NCBI GenBank assembly: GCA_009783195.1
Contig: WRHP01000004.1
Span: forward strand, 1-61,733
Length of the DNA: 61,733 bases
Direction: 5' to 3'
Source: Syntrophorhabdaceae bacterium
GTDB lineage: Bacteria > Desulfobacterota > Deferrimicrobia > Deferrimicrobiales > Deferrimicrobiaceae
Positions 34,498-44,615 of the stretch are shown here, piece by piece. A program made the translations under genes and the position numbers. Position 1 is the first letter of the stretch; each line of letters opens with the position of its first letter. Under the pieces are notes generated by a model. The model was given only the letters and a program-made list of their open reading frames with translations, did not search any database and was not told the DNA's origin.

Positions 34498-36630
34498 ATG
34501 AACGGCACCGTATCGACCGTAAACCGTCGTGCGCTCTTGCTCTGTTTTCATAATCATCAGCCTGTCGGCAATTTTGAATCTGTGCTGGAAGAAGCCACGC
34601 GCGATTCCTATCTGCCTTTTCTGAAAGTTCTCGCTGAGTTTCCGTCAATTCGGGTGACGATCCATTACTCCGGGTGGCTGCTCCAATGGATCGAGAAACA
34701 CTCGCCGGAGACGTTTTCACTCCTTAAAAAACTTGTTATGCGCGGCCAGGTTGAGGTTTTGGGCGGCGGGATGTACGAACCCATACTTGCTCTGCTTCCC
34801 GAACGGGACCGGCTGGGGCAACTCGGCGCGCTTTCCGGATACCTGAAGCAGCGCTTCGGAAAAGCGCCGGAAGGGATATGGCTTGCGGAGCGCGTATGGG
34901 AGCCGGAGATGCCGGCGGCGCTTTGCGCGGCGGGCGTCAAATACCTTCCTCTTGACGACTACCACTTTGTTCGGGCGGGGCTGGAGACGGAAGAGCTGGA
35001 TGGTTTTTACATCACTGAACACAACGGCGCGGTTGTGCGCGTTCTTCCGGGGAGCGAGCGGTTAAGATACCTGATTCCGTTCGGCGAGGTGGACGAGGCG
35101 CTGCAGGAGATAGAGCGGATAACATCGCGCGATGTGCCGTTTCCCGCCGCGATATTCGCCGACGACGGGGAGAAGTTTGGCGTCTGGCCGGGGACTTACG
35201 AGCATGTGTACGAAGACGGGTGGCTGCGCCGCTTCTTTGAAGGGATCGTTTCTCACGCGGACCGTTTTACGACAATGACTTTTGGGGAATATGCTGCCGC
35301 CGCGCCGCCGCGGGGGAGGGTATATCTTCCCGCCTGCTCCTATGTTGAGATGGGGGAGTGGGCATTACCGGCTGATCGGGCCGCCCGGTTCGGGGAGTTG
35401 CTAAGCGAGTTTCGTTCTGGAAAAAACCTTGAAAACAAACCGTTTATACAAGGCGGGTTTTTCAGAAACTTTTTGAGGAAATACGAGGAGGCAAACCAGC
35501 TTCACAAGCGAATGCTTTTCGTGAGCAACCTGGTAGAGGCGGCGGAAACTTCGAATCCTTCAAAAGCGGGGGTCGCGCGCGATTTCCTGTATCGGTCCCA
35601 ATCCAATGATGTTTACTGGCACGGCGTTTTCGGGGGGCTGTACCTGAACCATCTTCGCGAGGAAGCATGGTCGAACTTGCTGCGGGCTGAAGCTAAAGCG
35701 GATGCGGCGTTGCGCGGGACCGCCGCGGAATGGGTCGAGGCGACGAAGTCGGATCTCGATTGCGACGGCGGGACGGAACTGCTGATGAGGACCGCGGGCT
35801 TGACGCTGTTGTCGCATGCGCACGACGGTGGGGCGATCACGGAGATTTCCCTGCCGGCGCGCGGGGTTACGCTGGGGCATGTGCTTACGCGGCGCACGGA
35901 AGGATATCACGAAAAATGCAAGAAGGCCGTGGGGTCGTTTGACGGTTCCACAAGTATTCACGACGCTTTGGTGCTGAAAGATCCGTCGGTTCTCGATGCT
36001 CTGGGCGTGGATTTGTTGCAACGCGCATCTTTTAGGGAAGAGTTTTATGGGGAAAAGGATTCTCCGGAGGCGATTTTTGAAGACGCTTTACCTCTGGCGG
36101 TGTCGGCCGGGAAAGACGCGTTATTTGACTGCGACCAGAGCGGGGTCCGGATAATTGCGCGATTCAAGATCCCGTTGGTCTCGGAAGGCGTCGATTTGTT
36201 GCTGGAAAAGACTTTGGTTCTCCGGAGCGGAGAAGAGAAATTTATAGCGGTTTTACGGGTGCGCAACCTGGGGCCGGAACCTGTTTCGGGGACGCTTTGC
36301 TCCGAGTGGAACCTGAATATGCTTTCCGGCGAAGGGCTGGAAAGGTACTACTGCGGGCTGGACGGTCCGAAAAGCCTTTCCTCTTCCGGCGTTTCGCGCG
36401 ACGTGCATGAATTTCGTGTGGTTGACGGATGGCGCAATGTCGCGGCATTGGCGACGCTCAACCGGGATTGCGCCGTGCTTCGGAGACCTGTGGAAACCGT
36501 GTCTCTTTCGGAAAAAGGAGTGGAAAAAATCCACCAGGGAGTTTGTCTTAAAATCCTTTTCCCCGTTTTCCTGGCGCCAGAAAAATCTGATTCATTTTTA
36601 ATTCGCTGGGCGTTTGATTATGTGTCATAG
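34498..36630 (+). CDS. glycoside hydrolase family 57 protein (alpha-amylase/4-alpha-glucanotransferase-like)
   Basis: LLLCFHNHQPVGNF start region and LAERVWEP. About 710 aa. Start placed at ATG 34498 rather than 34432, which overlaps PiT. Confidence 0.8.
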   Translation: MNGTVSTVNRRALLLCFHNHQPVGNFESVLEEATRDSYLPFLKVLAEFPSIRVTIHYSGWLLQWIEKHSPETFSLLKKLVMRGQVEVLGGGMYEPILALLPERDRLGQLGALSGYLKQRFGKAPEGIWLAERVWEPEMPAALCAAGVKYLPLDDYHFVRAGLETEELDGFYITEHNGAVVRVLPGSERLRYLIPFGEVDEALQEIERITSRDVPFPAAIFADDGEKFGVWPGTYEHVYEDGWLRRFFEGIVSHADRFTTMTFGEYAAAAPPRGRVYLPACSYVEMGEWALPADRAARFGELLSEFRSGKNLENKPFIQGGFFRNFLRKYEEANQLHKRMLFVSNLVEAAETSNPSKAGVARDFLYRSQSNDVYWHGVFGGLYLNHLREEAWSNLLRAEAKADAALRGTAAEWVEATKSDLDCDGGTELLMRTAGLTLLSHAHDGGAITEISLPARGVTLGHVLTRRTEGYHEKCKKAVGSFDGSTSIHDALVLKDPSVLDALGVDLLQRASFREEFYGEKDSPEAIFEDALPLAVSAGKDALFDCDQSGVRIIARFKIPLVSEGVDLLLEKTLVLRSGEEKFIAVLRVRNLGPEPVSGTLCSEWNLNMLSGEGLERYYCGLDGPKSLSSSGVSRDVHEFRVVDGWRNVAALATLNRDCAVLRRPVETVSLSEKGVEKIHQGVCLKILFPVFLAPEKSDSFLIRWAFDYVS

Positions 36631-36714
36631 TTTTTCTGGTTTTGACGATACGTCATGTCATTGCACATCCGGAAGCGGGGCGGTGGTTTTTGCCTTGTTA
36701 CAAGGAGGAAATGA

Positions 36715-38037
36715 ATGAGGTTGTCGAGAATATTATTGCTGTTACTGATTCTTATGCTTGCGGCAAGTACGGCATTTGCTTCCGGCTTCCGTTTGCCGGA
36801 GGCGGGCGCAAAAGCAATGGGGATGGGGTTTGCGTTTGTCGCGCAGGCGGATAATCCGTCCGCGATCTACTATAACCCGGCGGGCATCACACAGCTTGAA
36901 GGGTATAACTTTACGATCGGCGCGACATACGTTCAGGAATACGGCGTCAAGTTTGGCGGCGAAACGCCTCTTACGAATGGGCAGCTTGAATTCGAGCGGC
37001 AAAAGACGCTGACGTATCTCATTCCAAACATGTATTTCACAAGCATGAGCAAGGAAACCGGGTTTGGCTGGGGCATAGGCTTTTTTGTGCCGTTTGGGTT
37101 GGGGCAACAGTATAACAACTGGTCCAGCAGCATATTTCGCAACCAGACCGTAAAGATCGAACTCATGGCGCCTGTCATCAATCCGACGATCGCGTACAAG
37201 GTAAATGAATACTTTTCCATCGGAGCGGGCATAGACTACATGTACGGTATGGCGAATCTCGGCCAGACCCCCACTGTCAACGGACCTCTCCCTGGTTTTC
37301 CTAACAGATACGCGAACCTTTACGAGCTTGAGTTGAAAGGCAGCGAAGACGCGTGGGGTTACAACATCGGTATTCTATTAAAGCCTACGCAAAACTTTCG
37401 GATCGGCGCGAGCTACCGAAGCGCGTTTGATCTTAAAATCAAAAACGGCGATGTTGTCATCAGAAATGTGCATCCCGCTTACGGCGCCGGTATTTTTCCT
37501 GGCCCCGTTCCTTCCAATATGAAGGGAAGCGCCACCGTCAGCATGCCCGACACCTTTGCGATTGGCGTTGCGTACACTATCGACCAACTAACGTTCGAGG
37601 TGGACGCGGACTGGACGTTCTGGTCCAAATATAACAGCCTTCCGATCTCGTTTAGCAATCAGGTGCCCACGCTGACAAACCAGAATGTGGAAAAGAAATG
37701 GAAAGACGTATGCGCGTTGCGGTTTGGCATGCAGTATCAGGTTACCGATCCGCTGGCGCTTCGCCTTGGCATTGTCTACGATCCGTCGCCGGTTCCAATA
37801 GGGACTATGGGGCCGGAACTTCCAGATTCCCACAGGATGAATTATATGATCGGCGCGGGCTACAAGGCCGGACAGTGGACGATCGACGCGGCTTTTATGT
37901 ACCTCGACAAGTCATCCCGGGCAGTTAACAACATGAGAGCGAGTACGATCCCTGGCACTCCTGCCGGCTCTGGCTTCGACGGCAAGTGGTCCGGCGACGC
38001 GTGGCTGGCGGGGCTGGACATAAGCTACAAATTCTAA
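36715..38037 (+). CDS. outer-membrane transport protein, OMPP1/FadL/TodX family
   Basis: Signal peptide, GFRLPEAGAKAMGMGFAFVAQADNPSAIYYNPAG, and a C-terminal aromatic residue (..SYKF). Confidence 0.85.
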   Translation: MRLSRILLLLLILMLAASTAFASGFRLPEAGAKAMGMGFAFVAQADNPSAIYYNPAGITQLEGYNFTIGATYVQEYGVKFGGETPLTNGQLEFERQKTLTYLIPNMYFTSMSKETGFGWGIGFFVPFGLGQQYNNWSSSIFRNQTVKIELMAPVINPTIAYKVNEYFSIGAGIDYMYGMANLGQTPTVNGPLPGFPNRYANLYELELKGSEDAWGYNIGILLKPTQNFRIGASYRSAFDLKIKNGDVVIRNVHPAYGAGIFPGPVPSNMKGSATVSMPDTFAIGVAYTIDQLTFEVDADWTFWSKYNSLPISFSNQVPTLTNQNVEKKWKDVCALRFGMQYQVTDPLALRLGIVYDPSPVPIGTMGPELPDSHRMNYMIGAGYKAGQWTIDAAFMYLDKSSRAVNNMRASTIPGTPAGSGFDGKWSGDAWLAGLDISYKF

Positions 38038-38061
38038 GGGGTATCCCAAAACAGATGGTTT

Positions 38062-38096
38062 GCGGGCGTTCTTTTTAAGGGCGCCCGCTTTTTTTT
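38062..38096 (+). terminator. intrinsic terminator after the FadL-like gene
   Basis: GCGGGCG..CGCCCGC stem followed by T8. Confidence 0.8.
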
Positions 38097-39222
38097 AGCC
38101 TTCCATAAGTCCTGCCATGGCCCGGAGCCGCCGGATTCGGTGCTCTGTGGAGGGATGCGTTGACATCAGGTCCGACGTGTCTCCACCCAGGCTTGACAGG
38201 GGGTTGATGATGAACATGTGCTGCGTTCCCCGGCTTTCTCCAGGCACATGCGCGCCTCCTTCGGTGATCCTGGAGAGCGCGGAGGCCAGCCCCAGCGGAT
38301 TGCGCGTAAACTCCACAGCCGCCGCGTCGGCATGGTATTCACGCTGACGCGATATGCTCATTTGCAGTATCTTTGCCGCCAGCGGGGCGAGCAGGGCAAG
38401 CACAATCCCGAAAATGATTAAAACGATGTTGGCGCGTCCTCCTCCGCCGCTACGAGATCCGGAAGAGCGGACGCGTTTTCCCCGGAATACTCCTCCGCGC
38501 AGAAATATTTCCGACATCATGGTAATGGCGCCTACAAGCACGGCGGCACAGACGTTATAAAGAGTGTCCCGGCTCTTGATGTGCGCCATTTCGTGGGCGA
38601 TTACTCCCTGAAGCTCTTCGCGGTTCAGCTTGTCGAGCAGCCCCTGCGTTACGGCGACGACCGCTTCCCGTGGGTGCCTGCCCGCGGCGAACGCGTTCAG
38701 TCCGGTGGATGGCATCACATATACCGCCGGGATCGGCAGGCCGGAAGCGATGCTCATTTCCTCGACGGCGTTCATGAGCTGTTGGTGTTTTGTATGGTCG
38801 GCTTTTTCGGCGCTGTGGAACGACAGTATGATCTTTGAGCCGCTGTAATACGCGGTTCCGGCAAGGATAGCGAATAGAACCGCCGCCAGGGCGAGTCCGT
38901 TGCCGATATTTCCTAACGCTTCTCCGGTGATTGCCCCAAGCGATACGAAGATCCCAAAAAGCGCGGCGAACAGAATAATGGACATCCGGACATTTTGCCG
39001 CTCCGCATCCGGGAACAGGAGCATCGACCTATGCCGCAAAGCGGGTTTTACGGACGGATCGCCGCTTACGCCTGTGTTTCCTCCGGACAGCGCCTGCGCT
39101 TGCGCGCCTGGCTCAAAGATGTTTGCGCTTGCGGCAAGCGGCGCATGACAAAGATTGCAGTAACCCGCTTTCGAAGGATTGGATGTGCCGCATTTGGGGC
39201 AGGACAACTCAGGCTGTGTCAT
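38095..39222 (-). CDS. M48-family (HtpX-like) zinc metalloprotease with N-terminal zinc ribbon
   Basis: CPKCG..CNLCH ribbon, TM helices and HEMAHI zinc-binding motif. Confidence 0.8.
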   Translation of the reverse strand: MTQPELSCPKCGTSNPSKAGYCNLCHAPLAASANIFEPGAQAQALSGGNTGVSGDPSVKPALRHRSMLLFPDAERQNVRMSIILFAALFGIFVSLGAITGEALGNIGNGLALAAVLFAILAGTAYYSGSKIILSFHSAEKADHTKHQQLMNAVEEMSIASGLPIPAVYVMPSTGLNAFAAGRHPREAVVAVTQGLLDKLNREELQGVIAHEMAHIKSRDTLYNVCAAVLVGAITMMSEIFLRGGVFRGKRVRSSGSRSGGGGRANIVLIIFGIVLALLAPLAAKILQMSISRQREYHADAAAVEFTRNPLGLASALSRITEGGAHVPGESRGTQHMFIINPLSSLGGDTSDLMSTHPSTEHRIRRLRAMAGLMEG

Positions 39223-39294
39223 AAAACCGGCCTTTGCTGTTTGCCTTGAAGCCGCATCCTGGCAAATTGTGTCGTATTCCTGATGAAGACGGAT

Positions 39295-39843
39295 TTACCG
39301 GAGGCTGGCCTTTGGGACCGCCCGATCCGTCTCCTCAATCTGGAAGTACGCTTCCTGCGCGAAGTTGAACAACGAAGCGATTAAGTTGCTTGGAATCGTC
39401 TGGATCTTGTTGTTGTAGGTCATCACGGAGTCGTTGAAGAACTGGCGGGCAAAGGAGATCTTGTTTTCGGTTCCGGCCAGCTCTTCCTGTAAAGAGGTCA
39501 CATTCTGGTTTGCTTTGAGATCAGGATAGTTCTCCACGACGGCCAGGAGGCCTCTGAGCGATTCGGTAAGGAAGTTCTCCGCCTTGCCCTGGGCTTCGGG
39601 TCCCTTGGCGTTTACCGCCGCGCCGCGCGCTTCGATTACCTTCGTCAGTGTTTCCTGTTCATACGCCATATAATCTTTCACAACCTCTACGAGGTTGGGG
39701 ATGAGGTCGTGCCGCCGTTTAAGCTGAACGTCTATCTGGTGCCACGCATTCTTTACCTGGTTGCGCAGACGCACGAGCGCGTTGTAGGCAGCCACGAACC
39801 ACCCGATAACTACTATCAGAAGAACGAGCGGAATGTAGACCAT
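39295..39843 (-). CDS. lemA: LemA family protein
   Basis: N-terminal TM then YNALV.LRNQV..AW.QIDVQLKRR.DLIPNLVE. Start at ATG 39843, preceded by GGAGGA. Confidence 0.88.
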   Translation of the reverse strand: MVYIPLVLLIVVIGWFVAAYNALVRLRNQVKNAWHQIDVQLKRRHDLIPNLVEVVKDYMAYEQETLTKVIEARGAAVNAKGPEAQGKAENFLTESLRGLLAVVENYPDLKANQNVTSLQEELAGTENKISFARQFFNDSVMTYNNKIQTIPSNLIASLFNFAQEAYFQIEETDRAVPKASLR

Positions 39844-39960
39844 CGTATCCTCCATATAATTGAAAACAGCGGAAATATCTTTTTAAATCGCTGTTTTGCT
39901 CATAAGTCTAACCGATGTATGATGGATGTCAAATCAATAACGGGAAACCTTTAAATCAAA

Positions 39961-42516
39961 GTGTCACGAGAAGACGATCCAAAACGGTCCTCCGGAAAAA
40001 CTGAAGGCAAGCCTGCGGTTGTCCGCCGCGGCCCCGGCGAGGTGAAGCCGCCTCCGCCGCCGCAAGACAAGCGCCAGAAATTTCGCCGCCGCAAGCCCAC
40101 GCCCGTAAAAGAAGTTCGCCCGGACGCGGCGCTGCCGGACCCGCCGCATAAAAAGTGGAAAAAGCCTCCTCCTTTGCACGGCGGACCGCCGCCGAAAGTC
40201 GCCCGCCCGGAATTTCCCGAACTTCTCGCGCCCGCGGGGTTTCCGGAGGCTTATTTTGCCGCCGTGGATGCCGGAGCGGACGCGGTTTATCTGGGGCTTG
40301 AAAAGTTCAACGCGCGGGCGCGGGCGGAAAACTTCGGCATATCCGACCTGTGCCGGATTCTCCCCCATGCAAAGGCTCGCGGAGTCCGGGTATATCTTGC
40401 GATCAACGCGCTTCTGACAGAGGCGGATCTGCCGGAGGTTATCGATCTGGTCCATAATGTGGCGCCGCTTTCGCCGGACGCGGTGATTGCGGCCGATCTT
40501 GGCCTGTTACGGATACTTCACGAGTTCTTTCCGCATATTCCGGTTCACGTAAGCACGCAGGCAGGCTGCGCTTCCGGAGAAAGCGCCGAGGAATTCGCCC
40601 GGCTGGGAGCGTCACGGGTGATTCTTGAGCGGCATCTCCAGATGTCCGAAGTAGCCCGTATAGCCGCGCGCTCCACGATTGGCGTGGAGATCTTCGTACA
40701 CGGATCCCTCTGTTATTCCTATTCGGGAAAATGCTTTTTTTCCTCGTTTCTTGGAGGAAAAAGCGGGAATCGCGGCGAATGCGTGCAGCCGTGCAGGCGC
40801 GTTTATGAATACGGCCAGGGGAAATCAGGCGCCATCTTCTCGACCGGAGACCTGTCGCTTCTCCCGCGCCTTCCGGAAATTGCGGGGATGGGTATCGCCG
40901 CGCTGAAGATCGAGGGGCGGATGCGCGGGGCGGAATATGTCCACGGGGTTGTTTCGGCGTACCGCTTTGCGCTGGACGCGATCCGCGACGGCAAACCGGA
41001 AGAAGGGGTCGAGGAGGGGATGCGGCTTCTCTCGTCCGTTATCGGCCGGGCTGCCACTCCGGGAATTACCGGCGGGGCCGCCGCGCCGGAAGTTGCCGCC
41101 GGAGGCGAGTCCGGCAATGTGGGCGAGCCGCTTGGCGTGGTGGCTTCCATAAAAGACGGGTGGGCGTTTATCCCTGGGGCGGGAACTATCTCCCCCGGCG
41201 ACCGGTTGCGGATACAGTTTGTCGCGGATGGATCGGGGCGCGGGTTCTCCGCCGCGGCACAGGACACGCGTTCCGAGGAAACGGGGCTCTCCCTCAAGAT
41301 TCCGTTTTCCTTGTCCGCGGGCGATCTGCTCTTTCGGACAGCGGGTGGCGGACGGTCCGAATATACGCGGCGCGCCCGCCGCGAAATGGAGGCCGCGCAG
41401 TCGGCCGGCGCGCGTTTTTGCGTCGTAATTTCCAAAGACGAGGTGGAGGTCAAGGCTTCATACGGCAGCGTGGCGCGGGAGTACCGGTATCGCGTGTCCG
41501 GGCCAAAAGAGGGCCGGCCAGGTGTTGTTCCGGAAGATGGCGCCCGCCGGCTTTTGGCGTCGTATAAAGGGGATCTGCCGATTGCGGAAGTCCAATTGGA
41601 ATGCCGAGGCGCTCCGTCGGCGTGGAGCGATGTGAAATCGCTGTTTCTGCAGGCTGCCAGAAGTTTCGACAAGGAGTTCCACCTGGATGGAAAGCGTCTG
41701 CGGCTTGAGATACTGCCGTCGCTGCGTGTCACGGGGGCAAGGCCGGAAGGGCCGGTGACATCGTTTTTTGTTTCTTTAAACGCGGATCAGTTGGCGTTCA
41801 TTCCGAAGACCCCGGAAATTATTCCCGTGGTGGAAATGACAAAAGCGCTTTTGCGTGACCCCTCGCCGCTGATTTTGCATGCGCGGGCGGGCGCGTATTT
41901 CAAGCTGCCAACGCCGTTGCTTGAATCCGACGCTTCGTTTCTGCGCAGAACGGTCACGGAAGCTGTCGGCAAAGGGCTTACCCGCTGGGTGCTGCCGGAT
42001 GTCGGCTACTTCCGCTTTTTTGCTCCGTCTCCTATCCGCCGCCAGACGGTTTTGGTGAGCGACCATTATCTGTATGCCTTTAACACGGCGGCTTTTGCCA
42101 CACTTTCCCGGCTGGGCGCCGCGCGGGTGATCCTCCCGGTCGAAACGACCATGGAGGCGCTTCGCAGCGTGGGGAAATTTTTGTACGGAATCGGCATCGC
42201 GGTAGCCTACGGGCGCGTGCCGCTTATGATTTCCCGCCTGCTGCCGGCCGCCGGGGTGCGGGACGCGGAAGCGGTAAGTCCGCGCGGCGAGCGGTTTTCT
42301 TTGCGGGGAAATGAACACGGCTCCACCGTTTTTCCGCCAATGCCTTTTTCCGCTTCCGGGTCGCTTGGCGAGATGCGTTCGGCCGGGGTCCGCGATTTTT
42401 ACGCTGACCTGAAAGGAGCGCCGGCAGAAGAGGTTGCGGCGGTTCTCGAATCGCTGCTTGCCGATCGGGTGATTCCCGGCGCCTCGACATTCAATCTGTT
42501 TCGGGGGAATTTCTGA
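39961..42516 (+). CDS. U32-family protein (peptidase U32 / RlhA-TrhP-UbiU superfamily) with a basic Pro/Lys/Arg-rich N-terminal extension of about 90 aa
   Basis: ELLAPAG..AAVDAGADAVYLGLEKFNARARAENF and FVHGSLCYSYSGKC..GNRGECVQPCRR motifs. GTG start. Confidence 0.8.
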   Translation: MSREDDPKRSSGKTEGKPAVVRRGPGEVKPPPPPQDKRQKFRRRKPTPVKEVRPDAALPDPPHKKWKKPPPLHGGPPPKVARPEFPELLAPAGFPEAYFAAVDAGADAVYLGLEKFNARARAENFGISDLCRILPHAKARGVRVYLAINALLTEADLPEVIDLVHNVAPLSPDAVIAADLGLLRILHEFFPHIPVHVSTQAGCASGESAEEFARLGASRVILERHLQMSEVARIAARSTIGVEIFVHGSLCYSYSGKCFFSSFLGGKSGNRGECVQPCRRVYEYGQGKSGAIFSTGDLSLLPRLPEIAGMGIAALKIEGRMRGAEYVHGVVSAYRFALDAIRDGKPEEGVEEGMRLLSSVIGRAATPGITGGAAAPEVAAGGESGNVGEPLGVVASIKDGWAFIPGAGTISPGDRLRIQFVADGSGRGFSAAAQDTRSEETGLSLKIPFSLSAGDLLFRTAGGGRSEYTRRARREMEAAQSAGARFCVVISKDEVEVKASYGSVAREYRYRVSGPKEGRPGVVPEDGARRLLASYKGDLPIAEVQLECRGAPSAWSDVKSLFLQAARSFDKEFHLDGKRLRLEILPSLRVTGARPEGPVTSFFVSLNADQLAFIPKTPEIIPVVEMTKALLRDPSPLILHARAGAYFKLPTPLLESDASFLRRTVTEAVGKGLTRWVLPDVGYFRFFAPSPIRRQTVLVSDHYLYAFNTAAFATLSRLGAARVILPVETTMEALRSVGKFLYGIGIAVAYGRVPLMISRLLPAAGVRDAEAVSPRGERFSLRGNEHGSTVFPPMPFSASGSLGEMRSAGVRDFYADLKGAPAEEVAAVLESLLADRVIPGASTFNLFRGNF

Positions 42517-42517
42517 C

Positions 42518-44539
42518 GTGGCTGTTGTTGACCGACTGCGGAACATCGGAATTATCGCGCATATAGACGCGGGCAAGACCACCTTCAGCGAGCGCCTGCT
42601 TTTTTATACGGGTGTTACGCACCGCATGGGAGAGGTTCACGACGGCGACGCCCAGATGGACTATCTTCCGCAGGAGCGGGAGAGGGGAATCACCATCACT
42701 TCCGCCGTAACCCAGTTTCCCTGGCTTGGAGCGGAGGTCCACCTGATAGATACGCCGGGGCATGTGGATTTTACCATCGAAGTTGAACGGTCGCTGCGCG
42801 TTCTCGATGGCGCGGTTGCCGTGTTTTGCGGCGTTGGCGGCGTGGAACCGCAGTCGGAAGTCGTGTGGCGGCAGGCGGACCGGCATGGGATTCCGCGGCT
42901 TGTCTTTGTGAACAAGCTTGATCGCCCTGGGGCCGACTACGACAGGGTTGTCGCCGATATGGATCGCAAGCTGGGCGCGCGAGGGATTCCGGTTACGGTG
43001 CCGTTGTACGAGGAAGGGGTGTTTGTCGCCGTGGCGGATCTGCTGACGATGGAGCGCGTGGAGTTCTCCCCGCAGGATCAGGGGGCGACGGTTTCACGGA
43101 AAGCGTTGTCGTCCGAAGAGACGGCGGGCGTTGCGAAATACCGCGAGGCGATGCTGGAGGCGGCTGCCGACGGCGACGACGCGGCGGCGGAGAAATATCT
43201 GGCGGGGGAGGAAGTGCCGCAGCCGCTTTTGCGCTCCGGTATCCGCAAGGGGACGCTGACCGGCAAGATTTTTCCTGTCTTTGCGGGTTCGGCGCTGCGA
43301 AATAAAGGTATTCAGCCGGCGATGGACGGGATCGTTTACTTTTTGCCTTCCCCGGCGGAAGCTCCTCCTGTAAAGGGGGATGACCCAAGAAGCGGCGTAC
43401 CTACTATCAGAGAACCGGCGCCGTCCGCGCCGTTTTCGGCGCTTGTTTATAAGGTGATGCAGGAGGACGCCAGGCGGACGGTCTATCTGCGCGTTTATTC
43501 CGGGAAGGCGTCCGAAGGGACGGCGCTGCTTAACGCCTCCACGGGCGAGAAGGAGAAGGCGGCGCGGCTGTTCCGGGTGCATGCCGGTAAAAAGGAAGCG
43601 GTTGAAGAAATCCTGGCGGGCGACATAGTGGGGGCCAGGGGGATCAAGAAGGCGCGCACCGGGGACACGTTGTGCGATCCGGCGGCGCCGATTGTCTTCG
43701 AACCGATCGAGATTCGCAAGCCGGTCGTCTCTGTGGTTGTTGAACCCAGGACCGTTCGGGAGATGGACCGGCTCAAAGAAGTCCTTTTCGCGATGACGGA
43801 TGAGGACCCGACGCTGTCATTCAAGGAGGATATGGATACCGGGCAGATCCTTCTTTCGGGTATGGGCGAGTTGCACCTCGATGTCGTTATCGACCGGATG
43901 GCGCGCGAGTATGGGATCACCGTGCGGAAGGGAAGCCCGCAGGTGGTATATCGGGAAACGATTGCGACACCGGCGTCAGCCGAGAGTGTATTCGAGCGGG
44001 AGATCGCCGAAAGGCTGGTAAAAGTGTCCACCAAGGTGGCGATTGCCCCGGCGCCGCGCGGCTCCGGTGTACATATTACAGACGGGTACAGGATGCTTGG
44101 GCTTGGGCAGGAAGTGGCCGACGGCGTGGAGATGGGCTTGAGGGAAAGCGCTTTCTTTGGAGCTTTGGGGTATCCGGTGGACGACGTTACGGTGGAAGTA
44201 TCCTCGATCTCCTTTTTGTCAGGCGTTGCTTCCCAGATGGTCGCCAAGGTTGCGGCCGCAAAAGCATTCCAGGAAGCGTACGAAAAGGGCAAGCCGTTTC
44301 TTCTTGAACCGATGATGGAGGTTGAGGTTTCCGTTCCCGAGGAGTTTTTGGGCGGCGTCATAGGCGACATAAACGCCCGCCGGGGGCATGTCACCTCGGT
44401 GGACCGCCGTCTTGATATAAGCATGCTTTCGGCAACGGTGCCGCTCAAGGAAATGTTTGGCTATGTTACGACGTTGCGGTCGCTGTCTCAGGGGCGCGGC
44501 AACTATACGATGAAATTTTCGCGTTATGACCGCGCTTGA
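42518..44539 (+). CDS. fusA: elongation factor G paralogue
   Basis: AHIDAGKTT (G1), DTPGHVDF (G3) and NKLD (G4), with domains II-V recognisable. GTG start 1 nt after the U32 stop. Confidence 0.88.
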   Translation: MAVVDRLRNIGIIAHIDAGKTTFSERLLFYTGVTHRMGEVHDGDAQMDYLPQERERGITITSAVTQFPWLGAEVHLIDTPGHVDFTIEVERSLRVLDGAVAVFCGVGGVEPQSEVVWRQADRHGIPRLVFVNKLDRPGADYDRVVADMDRKLGARGIPVTVPLYEEGVFVAVADLLTMERVEFSPQDQGATVSRKALSSEETAGVAKYREAMLEAAADGDDAAAEKYLAGEEVPQPLLRSGIRKGTLTGKIFPVFAGSALRNKGIQPAMDGIVYFLPSPAEAPPVKGDDPRSGVPTIREPAPSAPFSALVYKVMQEDARRTVYLRVYSGKASEGTALLNASTGEKEKAARLFRVHAGKKEAVEEILAGDIVGARGIKKARTGDTLCDPAAPIVFEPIEIRKPVVSVVVEPRTVREMDRLKEVLFAMTDEDPTLSFKEDMDTGQILLSGMGELHLDVVIDRMAREYGITVRKGSPQVVYRETIATPASAESVFEREIAERLVKVSTKVAIAPAPRGSGVHITDGYRMLGLGQEVADGVEMGLRESAFFGALGYPVDDVTVEVSSISFLSGVASQMVAKVAAAKAFQEAYEKGKPFLLEPMMEVEVSVPEEFLGGVIGDINARRGHVTSVDRRLDISMLSATVPLKEMFGYVTTLRSLSQGRGNYTMKFSRYDRA

Positions 44540-44615
44540 AAGATCACGTTGCGATACCGTGAAAGGCTTTATCAACGCGGGTGGTGAATTGTACTTCAAA
44601 TAGGCAAACATTCAT

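Noticed and set aside
40803-41732. 309-aa ORF antisense to the U32 gene. The same applies to 43495-44448 antisense to EF-G, 46046-46975 antisense to the hydrolase, 31537-32529 antisense to the lipid kinase, 22106-22900 antisense to the flavodiiron gene, and 16806-17600 across ttuA/ttuB.
   Set aside because: In each case the opposite strand carries a recognisable family with catalytic motifs. These frames are Ser/Arg/Pro-rich and lack RBS or start context. I treat them as shadow ORFs.
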